DNA of 64,000 bases from an uncultured bacterium. Its GTDB lineage: Bacteria > Planctomycetota > SZUA-567 > JAKLDR01. This document shows positions 39,633-49,404 of the stretch, piece after piece. The translations under genes were made by a program, and so were the position numbers. The stretch spans positions 3,566-67,565 of the forward strand of contig CALGYR010000100.1 in the NCBI GenBank assembly GCA_937935355.1. The letters run 5' to 3'. How positions within the stretch are numbered: position 1 is the stretch's first letter; every line of letters begins with the position of its first letter. The notes beneath the pieces are model-generated. The model was not told the DNA's origin. It made no database searches and saw nothing but the letters and a program-made list of their open reading frames with translations.

Positions 39633-39717
39633 GCCCGCGAGGGACCTCGGATGCCCGTGTAGCCGTCCGGGGAAAGATCGTTGTGAAACCATAAAGCCTC
39701 TTGTACACTTCCGCGCC

Positions 39718-41217
39718 ATGCGCGAAGTGCTTTTCGCCTGGATAGGCAATACGGACCTGAAGGCGGCGGCCGGCCAGACGGATGTTGGACTCGGCCCGAT
39801 CGGCCAGGCGGTCAAGGCGAAGAGCTACGACAAGCTCGTCCTAATCAGCAACTACCCCAAGGCGCAGGCCCAGGAGTACGCCAAGTGGCTATCCGGGCAG
39901 ACCAGGGCCGAGACGCTCGTCCTCCACGAGAAGCTGAGCAGCCCCACGAACTTCGGCGAGATCTACCTGGCGGCCAGGAAGGCGGTCGATGCTGAACTTG
40001 CCTCCGCCCCCGGCGGCGGGGCCCGCCCGACGTTTCACCTGAGCCCCGGCACTCCGGCCATGGCCGCGGTCTGGATCATTCTGGCCAAGGCGTTCTACGG
40101 CGCGGAACTCATCCAGTCGTCCCGCGAAGAGGGGGTCGTGACGGCCTCCGTGCCTTTCGACCTCTCCGCCGAGTTCATCCCCGACCTGCTGCGGAGGCGG
40201 GACGAGGCCATAGAGCGGCTCGCGAGCGCCACGCCGCCGGAGGCCCCGGAGTTCGCCGACATCGTCCACCGGTGCGAGGAGATGAAGCGCGTCGTGGCCA
40301 AGGCGCGCCGCGTGGCCGTCCACGGCGTGCCCGTGCTCATCGAGGGCGAGTCCGGGACCGGCAAGGAGCTCCTGGCCCGCGCCATCCACGACGCAAGTCC
40401 GCGGCGCGATAAGCCTTTCGTCGCCATAAACTGCGGGGCCATCCCGGCGGGCCTGGTGGAGTCGGAGCTTTTCGGCCACGTGAAGGGCGCCTTCAGCGGA
40501 GCCACGGCCGACCGCCAGGGCCGCCTTGAGGACGCCGATGGCGGCACCGTCTTCTTGGACGAGGTCGGCGAGCTTCCGGCCGACGCGCAGGTCAAGCTCC
40601 TGCGCGTGCTCGAGACCGGGGAGGTGACCCCGGTCGGCTCCGGCAAGACCGTCGAGCTCGACGTGCGGGTGCTCGCGGCGACCAACCGGGACCTCATGGC
40701 CGAGGTGACTGCCGGCCGCTTCCGCGAGGACCTCTTCTACCGGCTGGCGGTGGCGGTGCTGTTCCTGCCCCCGCTGCGGGCCAGGAAGGGCGACGTTGGC
40801 CTTCTGATCGACAGGCTGCTCGATCAGGTCGGGAAGGAGCTTCCCGAGGCCGGCAGCAAGAAGCTTTCTGCGGGCGCAAGAAAGCTTATGCTGGCCCACC
40901 CCTGGCGCGGCAACGTCCGGGAACTGCTCAACACTCTGCGGCGGGCGGCGATCTGGTCCGCCGGCGAGGTCATCGACGCCGACGAGATGCGCGAGGCGCT
41001 CCTGAGCGCCGGCGCCGCGCAGGGGACGGAGGTGCTCGGCCAGCCGCTCGGGAACGGCTTCAACCTTCCGGAAACGCTGGGTTTGGTCGCGCGGCACTAC
41101 CTGGAGCGGGCGCTCCAGGAGTCCGGTGGCAACAAGACCAAGGCGGCCGAGCTGCTCGGGCTGCCCAGCTACCAGACGCTGACCAACTGGCTCAAGCGGT
41201 ACGGGGTTGAGGGATGA
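39718..41217 (+). CDS. sigma-54-dependent transcriptional activator with N-terminal CARF-like (RtcR-type) sensor domain
   Basis: AAA+ sigma-54 domain: 'VLIEGESGTGKELLARAIH', GAFTGA-like 'GHVKGAFSGA', 'FREDLFYRL', and a C-terminal Fis HTH. The N-terminal 'HLSPGTPAMAAVWIILAKAFYGAELIQSS' aligns with E. coli RtcR 'HITTGTHVAQICWFLLAEARYLPARLIQSS'. Confidence 0.85.
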   Translation: MREVLFAWIGNTDLKAAAGQTDVGLGPIGQAVKAKSYDKLVLISNYPKAQAQEYAKWLSGQTRAETLVLHEKLSSPTNFGEIYLAARKAVDAELASAPGGGARPTFHLSPGTPAMAAVWIILAKAFYGAELIQSSREEGVVTASVPFDLSAEFIPDLLRRRDEAIERLASATPPEAPEFADIVHRCEEMKRVVAKARRVAVHGVPVLIEGESGTGKELLARAIHDASPRRDKPFVAINCGAIPAGLVESELFGHVKGAFSGATADRQGRLEDADGGTVFLDEVGELPADAQVKLLRVLETGEVTPVGSGKTVELDVRVLAATNRDLMAEVTAGRFREDLFYRLAVAVLFLPPLRARKGDVGLLIDRLLDQVGKELPEAGSKKLSAGARKLMLAHPWRGNVRELLNTLRRAAIWSAGEVIDADEMREALLSAGAAQGTEVLGQPLGNGFNLPETLGLVARHYLERALQESGGNKTKAAELLGLPSYQTLTNWLKRYGVEG

Positions 41218-41218
41218 A

Positions 41219-41234
41219 TGGCACGGAGGTTGCT
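41219..41234 (+). promoter_or_regulatory. near-consensus sigma-54 (-24/-12) promoter upstream of hsdR
   Basis: 'TGGCACGGAGGTTGCT' matches TGGCACG-N4-TTGC exactly. It lies at the 3' end of the activator gene, 15-55 bp before the candidate hsdR starts. Confidence 0.7.
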
Positions 41235-41287
41235 CTGATGCGCAGATCATGCGACTTCTCGATGGACACGACTGGGGAGACTCGCCG

Positions 41288-43576
41288 ATGAGGAACAGAT
41301 CCTCGGAGGCGGACGCCAGGATCGTTATCGACGACCTGCTCCGTCAGGCCGGGTGGGACCCGGCCGACAAGTCCCAGGTGGTCACGGAGTTCCATGTGGC
41401 CGGTTCCCCCCAGACGATAGCCGAGAGCAATCCGGCCTACGGACAAGGTGCGGCAGTGCTGGACGGAAGTGCCGAGCCTATGTCGGAGGCTGGTCCGGGC
41501 AGAGGCGACTACCTGCTTCAGGACCGGCGGGGCCGGCCGCTGGCGGTCGTCGAGGCCAAGAGGGCTGGGACCAATCCTTACTCCGCCAAGCAGCAGACGC
41601 TGCCCTACGCCAAGAAGGTGGGCGCGCCCTTCATCTTCCTGACCAACGGCGAGCTCATCTACTTCTGGGACTACATGAACGATGACGCCCGGATGGTCAA
41701 CTCGTTCTACTCCCGGCGCGACCTGGAACGGCTGGTCGAGATGCGCGCCACCCGCAAGGCTATGGCGACGGTCGAGATCCCGGAGTACTACCTTCGCCAG
41801 GGCGAGAACCGGCAGGTTCGGCCCTACCAGCGCGCCGCCATGCAGGCGCTCGACCACGCCGTCGAGCTCGGCAAGCGCCGCTTCCTGATCGAGTTGCCAA
41901 CGGGCACCGGCAAGACCGATCTCACCTGCCTCTACCTCAAGCGGTTGATCCAGGCCGGCCGGGCCGAGCGCATCCTCTTCCTGGTGGACCGTGAGCAGTT
42001 GGCCAAGCAGGCTCTGGAGGCGTTCCAGGATGTGCTGAGCCAGCACGGTAGCTACTGGCTCCGTCCGGGGATGGCGAGACAGGAGCAGCAGATCACTGTC
42101 TGCCTGCTCCAGACCATGATCGGGCGCTACAAGGAATTCACCAGCGGCTACTTCGACGTGGTCGTGGCCGATGAAAGTCATCGCTCTATCTATGGCGCCT
42201 GGCAGACGGCACTTACGCATTTCGACGCGCTGCACATCGGCCTGACCGCCACGCCCTCGGCCTACATCGAGCGCAACACCTTCGACTTCTACCAGTGCCG
42301 GGATGGCAAGCCGGACTTCTCGTTCCCCATCCAGCAGGCCTTCAAGGAGGGCTACCTCGCTCCCTACCGGTTCGCGTCGGGCATTACCGTCATCCTGGCC
42401 GAGGGCGCCGAGGTCGGGGAGGAGGACTACGACCCGGCCGAGTTCGAGCGCAAGTGGACCAACGAGGACACCAACCGGAAGATGATGCAGGAGTTCGACC
42501 GGCTGGCCTGGGAGAACTACCGCGAGCTGGCGCCCGGCCAGAAGATCGTCCCGGGCAAGGCGGTGGTCTTCGCCATCACCAAGCACCACGCTGCCCGGCT
42601 GGCCCAGTACCTGAACGAACTGCACCCAGAGCTCAAGGGCCGCTACGCCGAGGTTATTACCAGCGACGTGGCCAATGCCGACGAGCTCATCCGCAAGTTC
42701 CGGCGCGAGGACTACCCGCAGGTGGCGGTCAGCGTCGGCATGCTCGACACCGGTTTCGACTGCCGGGAGATCCTGCATCTGGTGATGTGCCGCCGGGTGC
42801 GCAGCCCGATCCTCTACCAACAGATGCGTGGGCGGGGAACCCGTACCGCGCCGCACATCGGCAAGCAGGGCTTCGTCATTTACGACTTCTTCGGCAATCG
42901 CGAGTACTTCAACGACAGTGACGCCGATGCCTTCACCGGCGCTGGCGGCGGACACGCCTCCGGCGGGCGGCCCAAGCCTCCCAGCGAGCCCCGCGACTTG
43001 GTGGAATTGGGGCTCCAGGACGAATGGCTTCACGCTGTGGCCTATGTCGAGGTCGGACCGGAAGGCGAGCGCGTCGACAAGAAGGACTACATCACCAATT
43101 GGCAGAAGACGGTCCAGGGCTCGGCCAAGGACGACCCGGTTATCAGGAAGGTCCGGGACGGCGAGTCCCTGAGCGAGGGTGAGGAGAAGGAACTCGCCGA
43201 CCGGCTCAACCGGCCGGAGATGTATTTCAACGAAGAGAACCTCCGGAGAGCCTACCGCCAGCCAGGCGGCAACTTGATCGACTTCATCAGGGCGGCCCTC
43301 GGCAGCCTCAAGATCAAGAGCCGCGAGGAAGTGCTGACTGAGAACTTCCAGGCTTGGCTGGTGGCCAAGTCACTTACCGCGCAGCAGGCCCAGTACCTGG
43401 CGCTGCTCAAGAACCGCGGCATCGTTCGCGGCAAGATCGAGATGGAGGATCTCTTCAGCCCACCCCTCTCGATCCTCAACGCTGCAGAACTCGGCGTCGA
43501 ACTCTTCGGTGAGAAGGGCTTGAAACAGGTAGTTGCCGACCTTAATGAATCCGTGTTCGGCAAGAAGGGTGCATAG
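41288..43576 (+). CDS. hsdR: type I restriction enzyme R subunit (HsdR) with EcoEI_R_C-like C-terminus
   Basis: HSDR_N nuclease motif 'DYLL..RPLAVVEAKRAG', helicase motifs 'ELPTGTGKT' and 'DESH', and the C-terminal 'AWLVAKSLTAQQAQYLALL'. The alternative ATG is at 41249. Confidence 0.85.
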   Translation: MRNRSSEADARIVIDDLLRQAGWDPADKSQVVTEFHVAGSPQTIAESNPAYGQGAAVLDGSAEPMSEAGPGRGDYLLQDRRGRPLAVVEAKRAGTNPYSAKQQTLPYAKKVGAPFIFLTNGELIYFWDYMNDDARMVNSFYSRRDLERLVEMRATRKAMATVEIPEYYLRQGENRQVRPYQRAAMQALDHAVELGKRRFLIELPTGTGKTDLTCLYLKRLIQAGRAERILFLVDREQLAKQALEAFQDVLSQHGSYWLRPGMARQEQQITVCLLQTMIGRYKEFTSGYFDVVVADESHRSIYGAWQTALTHFDALHIGLTATPSAYIERNTFDFYQCRDGKPDFSFPIQQAFKEGYLAPYRFASGITVILAEGAEVGEEDYDPAEFERKWTNEDTNRKMMQEFDRLAWENYRELAPGQKIVPGKAVVFAITKHHAARLAQYLNELHPELKGRYAEVITSDVANADELIRKFRREDYPQVAVSVGMLDTGFDCREILHLVMCRRVRSPILYQQMRGRGTRTAPHIGKQGFVIYDFFGNREYFNDSDADAFTGAGGGHASGGRPKPPSEPRDLVELGLQDEWLHAVAYVEVGPEGERVDKKDYITNWQKTVQGSAKDDPVIRKVRDGESLSEGEEKELADRLNRPEMYFNEENLRRAYRQPGGNLIDFIRAALGSLKIKSREEVLTENFQAWLVAKSLTAQQAQYLALLKNRGIVRGKIEMEDLFSPPLSILNAAELGVELFGEKGLKQVVADLNESVFGKKGA

Positions 43577-43589
43577 GAGCAAGCCGGGG

Positions 43590-44102
43590 ATGACCAATCT
43601 GCCGACAGTAGACGTGGCCACCCTCTGGAATAGCCTTGAGTGGGTCCGGGGAGGTCTGCAGCGGACCCGGTCGGTGACCTGCCCGCTCTGCGTGACGGAG
43701 GCCCCGAAGGCGGCAGGGCTGTACCGCGTTGCTTGGATTTTGGATGAGGGCTGGGAACGCCTAAGCAAGGTTTTTCATGCTCGGGCAACCAAGAGGATCG
43801 TTGACCCGTCGGTTGGTTTCGCCGCCCTTCAGCCGCCCATTGTCCTTTCTATTGGGCGCACCACGAACATCTTCAGCAGAATCCGCCAGCACTTCGGTAA
43901 TAATCGGAACAGCAATCGCATTCTGAGCCGTCTTCGGCAGATCTCGCCTTCTGAGTGGACTGACGAAGACGTCCGAGGTGCGGCTGCCAAGAGCCTGCAA
44001 GTTGAATGGGCGGTGGTGCCTAACTGGGTGGAGCGCTGCCTGCTGGAGAGCTACGGCAAGGCGATCCAGTCCCCCATCCTCGACCTCGACGCGGAGCACT
44101 AG
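43590..44102 (+). CDS. GIY-YIG-like nuclease domain protein
   Basis: 'GLYRVAW' (GIY-like), 'VLSIGRTTNIFSRIRQH' (YIG plus the conserved Arg), and 'ESYG' with a Glu. The RBS is 'aggagcaagccgggg'. GC is locally lower. Confidence 0.5.
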   Translation: MTNLPTVDVATLWNSLEWVRGGLQRTRSVTCPLCVTEAPKAAGLYRVAWILDEGWERLSKVFHARATKRIVDPSVGFAALQPPIVLSIGRTTNIFSRIRQHFGNNRNSNRILSRLRQISPSEWTDEDVRGAAAKSLQVEWAVVPNWVERCLLESYGKAIQSPILDLDAEH

Positions 44103-44105
44103 TCC

Positions 44106-45776
44106 ATGAACCAGGATCTAAGACGCAAGCTCAACCGGATTACCGACATCCTCTGGGCCGGGGGGGTCACGAACCCGGTCACCTACATCGAACAACTTTC
44201 CTACCTGATCTACCTGAAGATGCTCGACGAGGAGGAGTCCAGCCGGGAACTCAAGGCCCGGTTGACCGGCGGGCAGGCGAACGGCAACGGCAATGGCCGG
44301 CTACTCTTCGCCAAGCAGGCCGAGCGCTACCGCTGGACCAAGTGGCGTTTCAAGAGCGGGGTGGAACTCCGCGACTTCGTCCGGGACGAGGTCTTCCCCT
44401 ACATGGCCTCCCTGGTGAAGGAGGAGCCGCAGATCGCGGAGTACTTCCGGGACGCCGTGCTCGAGATCGTGGACGCCAACGTCCTCAAGCAGGTGGTGGA
44501 CGAGATCGACAGCATCGACTTCGCGAAGCTCGGCACGGACGTCAAGGGTGACATCTTCGAGTACCTGCTCACCCACCTGGGCCAGTCGGCGCTCAACGGC
44601 CAGTTCCGCACGCCGCGTCAGATCCGCACCATGATGGTCGAAATGGTCGCCCCGGACCTCGGCGATACGGTCTACGATCCGGCCGCCGGCACCGGCGGCT
44701 TTCTGATCGATGCCGTGGAGCATATCCTGGCCAAATACTCCACCGAGCCGCAGGAGGTGCCCATCTACGGCGAGGAGTGGCTGGAGAGCCGGGGCCAGAC
44801 GCTTGCGGAGGCCAGGAAGGCCGTCCCGGCGCTCCAAACCTACCGCAAGGGGCCGGGCGAGCGCGTTCCCGACTGGAAGCTGCTCGAAGGGGCCATTTAC
44901 GGGATCGACGTGTCGCGGCAGATGATGCGGATCGCCATGATGAACCTGGTGCTCCACGGCATCCGCAAGGCTAACGTCAAGCGGGCCAATACGCTCTCCG
45001 ACATGGGCGGCCTGACCGAGGACGACCTGGCCCGCCGGTACAAGGTCATCCTCTCGAATCCACCCTTTGCCGGCGTGCTCCCCAAGGAGTCCGTGAGGAA
45101 GGACCTGCCCACCAACTCCAAGAAGAGCGAGCTGCTCTTCCTGGGAGTCATGATGGAAGCGCTCGCCCCGGGCGGGCGCTGCGCCGTGGTGGTGCCCGAG
45201 GGGCTGCTCTTCGGGTCCACCTCCGCTCACACTGAGCTTCGTCGGAAGTTGCTCGACGACTACCAACTCCTGGCCGTGGTCTCCCTCCCCGCCGGCGTCT
45301 TCAAGCCTTATGCCGGGGTCAAGACCGGCGTTCTGGTCTTCCGTAAGCCGGAAAGCGCTACGAAGGACAAGAAGAAGCCCGAGGGCAAGGTCTGGTTCTA
45401 CGAGATCCGGAACGACGGCTACGACCCGGACAAGATCCAGGGCGGCGGCCGGCCGGAGACGCCGGCGAAGAACGACATCCCCGACCTGCTCGCCCAGTGG
45501 GCGGAGTACCGGAAGTCCGGCTTCAGGAAGCCTCCGGGCGTGGAGGCCGGGACGCTCCTGGAGGCCGGCAGCCCCGAGCCGCGCTCGTGGTGGGCGCCGC
45601 TTAAGGCCATCGCCGAGAACGAGTTCAACCTGGCCGCCGGGCGGTACAAGCCGCAGGTGGCGGAGAAGGCTCCGGAGGATGACCCGGCGGAACTGATCCG
45701 CGAGACGGCCGAGGTCGAGCGGGAGATCCTTGGCGGGTTGGAGAAGCTGCTGAAGGATGTGGAGGCTGCCCAGTGA
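44106..45776 (+). CDS. hsdM: type I restriction-modification system methyltransferase subunit (HsdM)
   Basis: HsdM_N-like N-terminus, AdoMet motif 'VYDPAAGTGGFL', and the catalytic 'SNPPFAG' motif. Confidence 0.9.
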   Translation: MNQDLRRKLNRITDILWAGGVTNPVTYIEQLSYLIYLKMLDEEESSRELKARLTGGQANGNGNGRLLFAKQAERYRWTKWRFKSGVELRDFVRDEVFPYMASLVKEEPQIAEYFRDAVLEIVDANVLKQVVDEIDSIDFAKLGTDVKGDIFEYLLTHLGQSALNGQFRTPRQIRTMMVEMVAPDLGDTVYDPAAGTGGFLIDAVEHILAKYSTEPQEVPIYGEEWLESRGQTLAEARKAVPALQTYRKGPGERVPDWKLLEGAIYGIDVSRQMMRIAMMNLVLHGIRKANVKRANTLSDMGGLTEDDLARRYKVILSNPPFAGVLPKESVRKDLPTNSKKSELLFLGVMMEALAPGGRCAVVVPEGLLFGSTSAHTELRRKLLDDYQLLAVVSLPAGVFKPYAGVKTGVLVFRKPESATKDKKKPEGKVWFYEIRNDGYDPDKIQGGGRPETPAKNDIPDLLAQWAEYRKSGFRKPPGVEAGTLLEAGSPEPRSWWAPLKAIAENEFNLAAGRYKPQVAEKAPEDDPAELIRETAEVEREILGGLEKLLKDVEAAQ

Positions 45777-47041
45777 AGTGGCACTCGCCAAGGCTATCCA
45801 GACTTGCCCAGATCATCCGGGGCGTCTCGTTCGACAGCTCCGAGGCTAGCCCCACGCCAATTGCGGGGCATGTCCCTATCCTGCGCGCCGGCAACATCGG
45901 CCGCGACCTGGACACAGAGAATGACCTGATCTGGGTCCCGGCAGCCAGGGTGTCAGACGAACAAAGGCTCAAGGCAGGTGACATCGCGATTGCCATGTCG
46001 TCAGGAAGCTCCAATATCGTCGGGAAGACAGCACAGTTGAACCAAGCGTGGGACGGCTCCGTGGGGGCCTTCTGCGCGATCATCCGCCCGTTGGAGACTG
46101 TGAGCGCCGCATATCTCGGGTACTGGCTTCTTGGTCCCACCTTCACCGCATGGCGGCAATCGCAGTGTATGGGGCTGAACATCAAGAACTTGCGGAAGGC
46201 GGAGATCGAGTGCCTGGAAATCCCGCTCCCTCCTCCCTCCGAGCAGCACCGGATCGTGGAGATCCTCGACCAGGCCGACGCCCTGCGCCGGAAGCGCGCC
46301 GAGGCCGACGCCAAGGCCGGGCGCATCCTGCCGGCGCTCTTCTACAAGATGTTCGGGGATCCGGCGACGAATCCGAAGGGGTGGCCGGTGGTGCCTATCA
46401 GCAAGCTGGTTGAACCCATCGAACGGAGAGACCCCTCCGTTCAACCCGAAGAGCCTTTCACCTACATCGATATCGCGAGTGTGAATGGCCAGTTAGGCGT
46501 CATCACCGACACCAAAGCCTTGATGGGCGCAGAAGCTCCCAGCAGGGCGCGGCAGATTGTCAGGGCGAACGATGCAATCATCTCGACCGTCCGCCCATAC
46601 CTTCGAGCGACGGCATTAGTGCCTACGCAACATGACAACCAGATTTGCAGCACCGGATTCTGCGTCTTGAGGGCAAAGACAGGGGTGGGATTTGGCTTCT
46701 TGTATGCTCTTTCCCGCTTGCAGTGGTTCACAGACCAGCTTAACGCACGTGCCCGTGGAGCGTCATATCCGGCCGTGACGGATGCAGACGTTCTCAACCT
46801 GCGCGTGCCGCGACAGACCGACCGGGAAACACTTCAGATATTTGATCGCCAGGTGCTCGATGTCCTTGTGCAACAGGACAAGCGACGTGGAGTTGCATGC
46901 AGACTTGGTGTCTTGTTCGAGACGCTTCTCCACCGCGCTTTCACCGGCGACCTAATGGCCGGTTGGCGCGAGGCGCACATGAATGAACTCCAAATAGAGA
47001 TGGAATCACAGGCCAGAATGCTGAAGGGGGGCGATGAATGA
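45773..47041 (+). CDS. hsdS: type I restriction-modification specificity subunit (HsdS), two TRDs
   Basis: A 4 bp overlap with hsdM. The conserved central and C-terminal repeats are 'LEIPLPPPSEQHRIVEILDQADALRRKR' and 'LRVPRQTDRETLQIFDRQVLDV'. Confidence 0.85.
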   Translation: MKWHSPRLSRLAQIIRGVSFDSSEASPTPIAGHVPILRAGNIGRDLDTENDLIWVPAARVSDEQRLKAGDIAIAMSSGSSNIVGKTAQLNQAWDGSVGAFCAIIRPLETVSAAYLGYWLLGPTFTAWRQSQCMGLNIKNLRKAEIECLEIPLPPPSEQHRIVEILDQADALRRKRAEADAKAGRILPALFYKMFGDPATNPKGWPVVPISKLVEPIERRDPSVQPEEPFTYIDIASVNGQLGVITDTKALMGAEAPSRARQIVRANDAIISTVRPYLRATALVPTQHDNQICSTGFCVLRAKTGVGFGFLYALSRLQWFTDQLNARARGASYPAVTDADVLNLRVPRQTDRETLQIFDRQVLDVLVQQDKRRGVACRLGVLFETLLHRAFTGDLMAGWREAHMNELQIEMESQARMLKGGDE

Positions 47042-47673
47042 TCAGGATCAGTCTGAAGGGCCTAGCCAAATTCATGACCGGCAACTCCGCCAAGCAGCGC
47101 AAAGTTCTCAGGGACTACAAATACCCCGATCCAGAGGGGCATGCGCAGGCAACCTACTACCGAGAGGCCAGAGACTTCATCGTGTCCCATCACCAGAGTG
47201 GGCACAGCCCCCTCTGGCTCCCGGAGAGGGCCGCAATTCTCGACACGCTGGCATCTCAGTCGGCAGGGCAAACCAAAGTCCGCCTTCGCAATAATGCCCG
47301 GGCACTTCGAGAGTACGCGAACCACTTTGGGAAGCGGACATTCAAGGTGCTGCGCGATGTGAATCTCGGCATCGAACACGCCGGCGTTCTGGTAACCTTC
47401 GCTCCTGACCTCCACATCAAGGAAGGCGAGAAGGAGAAGATCATCAGACTTGACTTCACCAAGGAACCTCCTGACGACAAGACCGTCAAGATCATCACTC
47501 AGGCGATGTTTGAGGCGCAGGCAACTCTCGGGATGGGCTTGCCAAGTGCCGCAGTGCTCTACCTGGATGTGCCCCGTGGCCAAACGCACAAGGGTGCCAG
47601 GGCGGGGTCTCGGATGCGCACTGAGATCGAAGCGGCCTGCAAGAACATCTCTGCTCTGTGGGATGGAATCTAG
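47038..47673 (+). CDS. hypothetical protein (211 aa) translationally coupled to hsdS
   Basis: ATGA overlap with the hsdS stop. No recognisable domain. GC is lower. Confidence 0.5.
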   Translation: MIRISLKGLAKFMTGNSAKQRKVLRDYKYPDPEGHAQATYYREARDFIVSHHQSGHSPLWLPERAAILDTLASQSAGQTKVRLRNNARALREYANHFGKRTFKVLRDVNLGIEHAGVLVTFAPDLHIKEGEKEKIIRLDFTKEPPDDKTVKIITQAMFEAQATLGMGLPSAAVLYLDVPRGQTHKGARAGSRMRTEIEAACKNISALWDGI

Positions 47674-47682
47674 GGGAACAAG

Positions 47683-49404
47683 ATGCTCACCGCCCTCCAA
47701 CTCGCCCGCTTCAAGGCCTTTGGCGACCTCCAGCGCGTCCCGATCAAGCCGATCACCCTGATCTACGGCCCGAACAGCGCCGGGAAGTCGAGCCTGATCC
47801 ACAGCCTGATCCTGGCCCGCCAGGCGGCCGAGACCGGCGAACTGGACGTCCACCGCACCCCGGTCGGCGGCGACTCGGTGGACCTGGGCGGCTTCCGGCA
47901 ATACGTCCACCGGCGCAACGCCGGCGAGCGGGTCGAGTGGGCCATGGAGCTCGATACCAGCCGTTTCACTGGGCGCCTGGCTACGCTTCTGGCGGCGGCC
48001 AAGGTGGTTACAGCTCGCGTCGAGGTCGGCTTGGCTCACGAGGAGAAGAAGCGCAAGCGTTTCGTCCTCGATCCCCGGACCGACAAGGCAATCGAGATCG
48101 AGGAACCCACCGGCGAGATGGTGGCCGTGGGGCAACCCGCAATCCAGAGCTTCAAATTGGAGGCCGACTCCACGCCACTCCTGGAGATGAGCCGCCGGCC
48201 GAGCGGCGGCTTCCGGCTGGACAGACTGCACCATGGGCATGCCGTGTTCCGGGAGGTGATCAAGGCCATAGTGGCAGCCTCCACGACGACGGAGTCGTTG
48301 CAGCCGTCCGACTACGAAGGTCTGGACAAGGCAATAGACGCCCTTGTCCCCGACATAGTCGCCACCTGCCGCGGTTTACTACCGGATGGTCTGGCGAAAG
48401 CCGAAGGGCCGGATTCGGAGAAGCCTCCCACGTTGTTTCCAATCAGCAAGGGCCGCCGGCAGGAGGACTTGGCCGCCGCAGTCCGCTTCTTCGTGCCCCG
48501 TACTATTGAAGAACTGCTCAAGGGCGTGAGCCAGACGGTGGGCTTCGAGCTCGACCGATTGCATTATCTCGGACCGCTGCGCTCCTACCCGCCGCGACAC
48601 TTGGCATTTGCCCAGCACCACGATCCCAACTGGATCGCGGGTGGTGGATATGCATGGGACGCGGTGCGGCGGGACGGCAGAGTGCGCGCTCAAGTGAACG
48701 AGTGGTTGGGTGCCAAGAACCGGCTGCAGACGCCTTACGAACTTACCCTGCGTGAACTGGTGGGCGTGGATCAACTGGAGACGCCGATATCCGAAGGCAT
48801 CGAGAATCATCTGGGTCGCGAGGCTGAAGCAAGCAAAGGCCCTGTTGAGGTTGCCGATGATCTAGAGATTAGCAGGTTGCCGTTCCCTGACTTGCTGGAT
48901 GAGCTCCTAACGGCCATCAATTCGGCCGACATCGAGAAACTAGACGAACTTATTCTGAAGGACTGTCGATCCAATACGGTTGTCAGCCACCGCGACGTTG
49001 GCATCGGCATCAGCCAAGTGCTCCCGGTGCTCGTCAGCGCCTACGCCTCCCAGGACCGCCTGGTGGCCATCGAGCAACCGGAGATCCATCTGCATCCCAA
49101 GCTCCAGGCCGAGCTGGGCGACGTGTTTCTGGAGTCCGCCCTCGGCGAGCGCCGGAACACCTTCCTGCTCGAGACCCACAGCGAGCACGTCCTGCTCCGC
49201 ATCATGAAGCGCATGCGCCAGATGGCCGACGGCAGCCTGCCCGAGGGCCTGCCCAAGGTGCGCCCGGAGGATGTGGCGGTGCTCTACGTCGAGCCGGACG
49301 GCTCCCGGAGCATCGTCCGGGAGATGCCGCTCAACGAGCGCGGCGACCTGGTCAAAGCCTGGCCCGGCGGGTTCTTCGAAGAAGGCCTCGACGAGATGTT
49401 CTGA
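47683..49404 (+). CDS. AAA_21/OLD-family ABC-type ATPase (RloA/PtuA/AriA-like)
   Basis: Walker A 'IYGPNSAGKSSL' and D-loop/Walker B region 'LVAIEQPEIHLHP...LLETHSEHVL'. No C-terminal Toprim domain was seen. Confidence 0.75.
   Translation: MLTALQLARFKAFGDLQRVPIKPITLIYGPNSAGKSSLIHSLILARQAAETGELDVHRTPVGGDSVDLGGFRQYVHRRNAGERVEWAMELDTSRFTGRLATLLAAAKVVTARVEVGLAHEEKKRKRFVLDPRTDKAIEIEEPTGEMVAVGQPAIQSFKLEADSTPLLEMSRRPSGGFRLDRLHHGHAVFREVIKAIVAASTTTESLQPSDYEGLDKAIDALVPDIVATCRGLLPDGLAKAEGPDSEKPPTLFPISKGRRQEDLAAAVRFFVPRTIEELLKGVSQTVGFELDRLHYLGPLRSYPPRHLAFAQHHDPNWIAGGGYAWDAVRRDGRVRAQVNEWLGAKNRLQTPYELTLRELVGVDQLETPISEGIENHLGREAEASKGPVEVADDLEISRLPFPDLLDELLTAINSADIEKLDELILKDCRSNTVVSHRDVGIGISQVLPVLVSAYASQDRLVAIEQPEIHLHPKLQAELGDVFLESALGERRNTFLLETHSEHVLLRIMKRMRQMADGSLPEGLPKVRPEDVAVLYVEPDGSRSIVREMPLNERGDLVKAWPGGFFEEGLDEMF

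Noticed and set aside
37971-39815. 614 aa minus-strand ORF over the 554 aa hypothetical gene
   Set aside because: The plus-strand ORF has a good RBS and fits operon context with the activator. The minus-strand translation is low complexity.
44301-45791. 496 aa ORF antisense to hsdM
   Set aside because: hsdM has diagnostic NPPF/AdoMet motifs. The antisense ORF has none.
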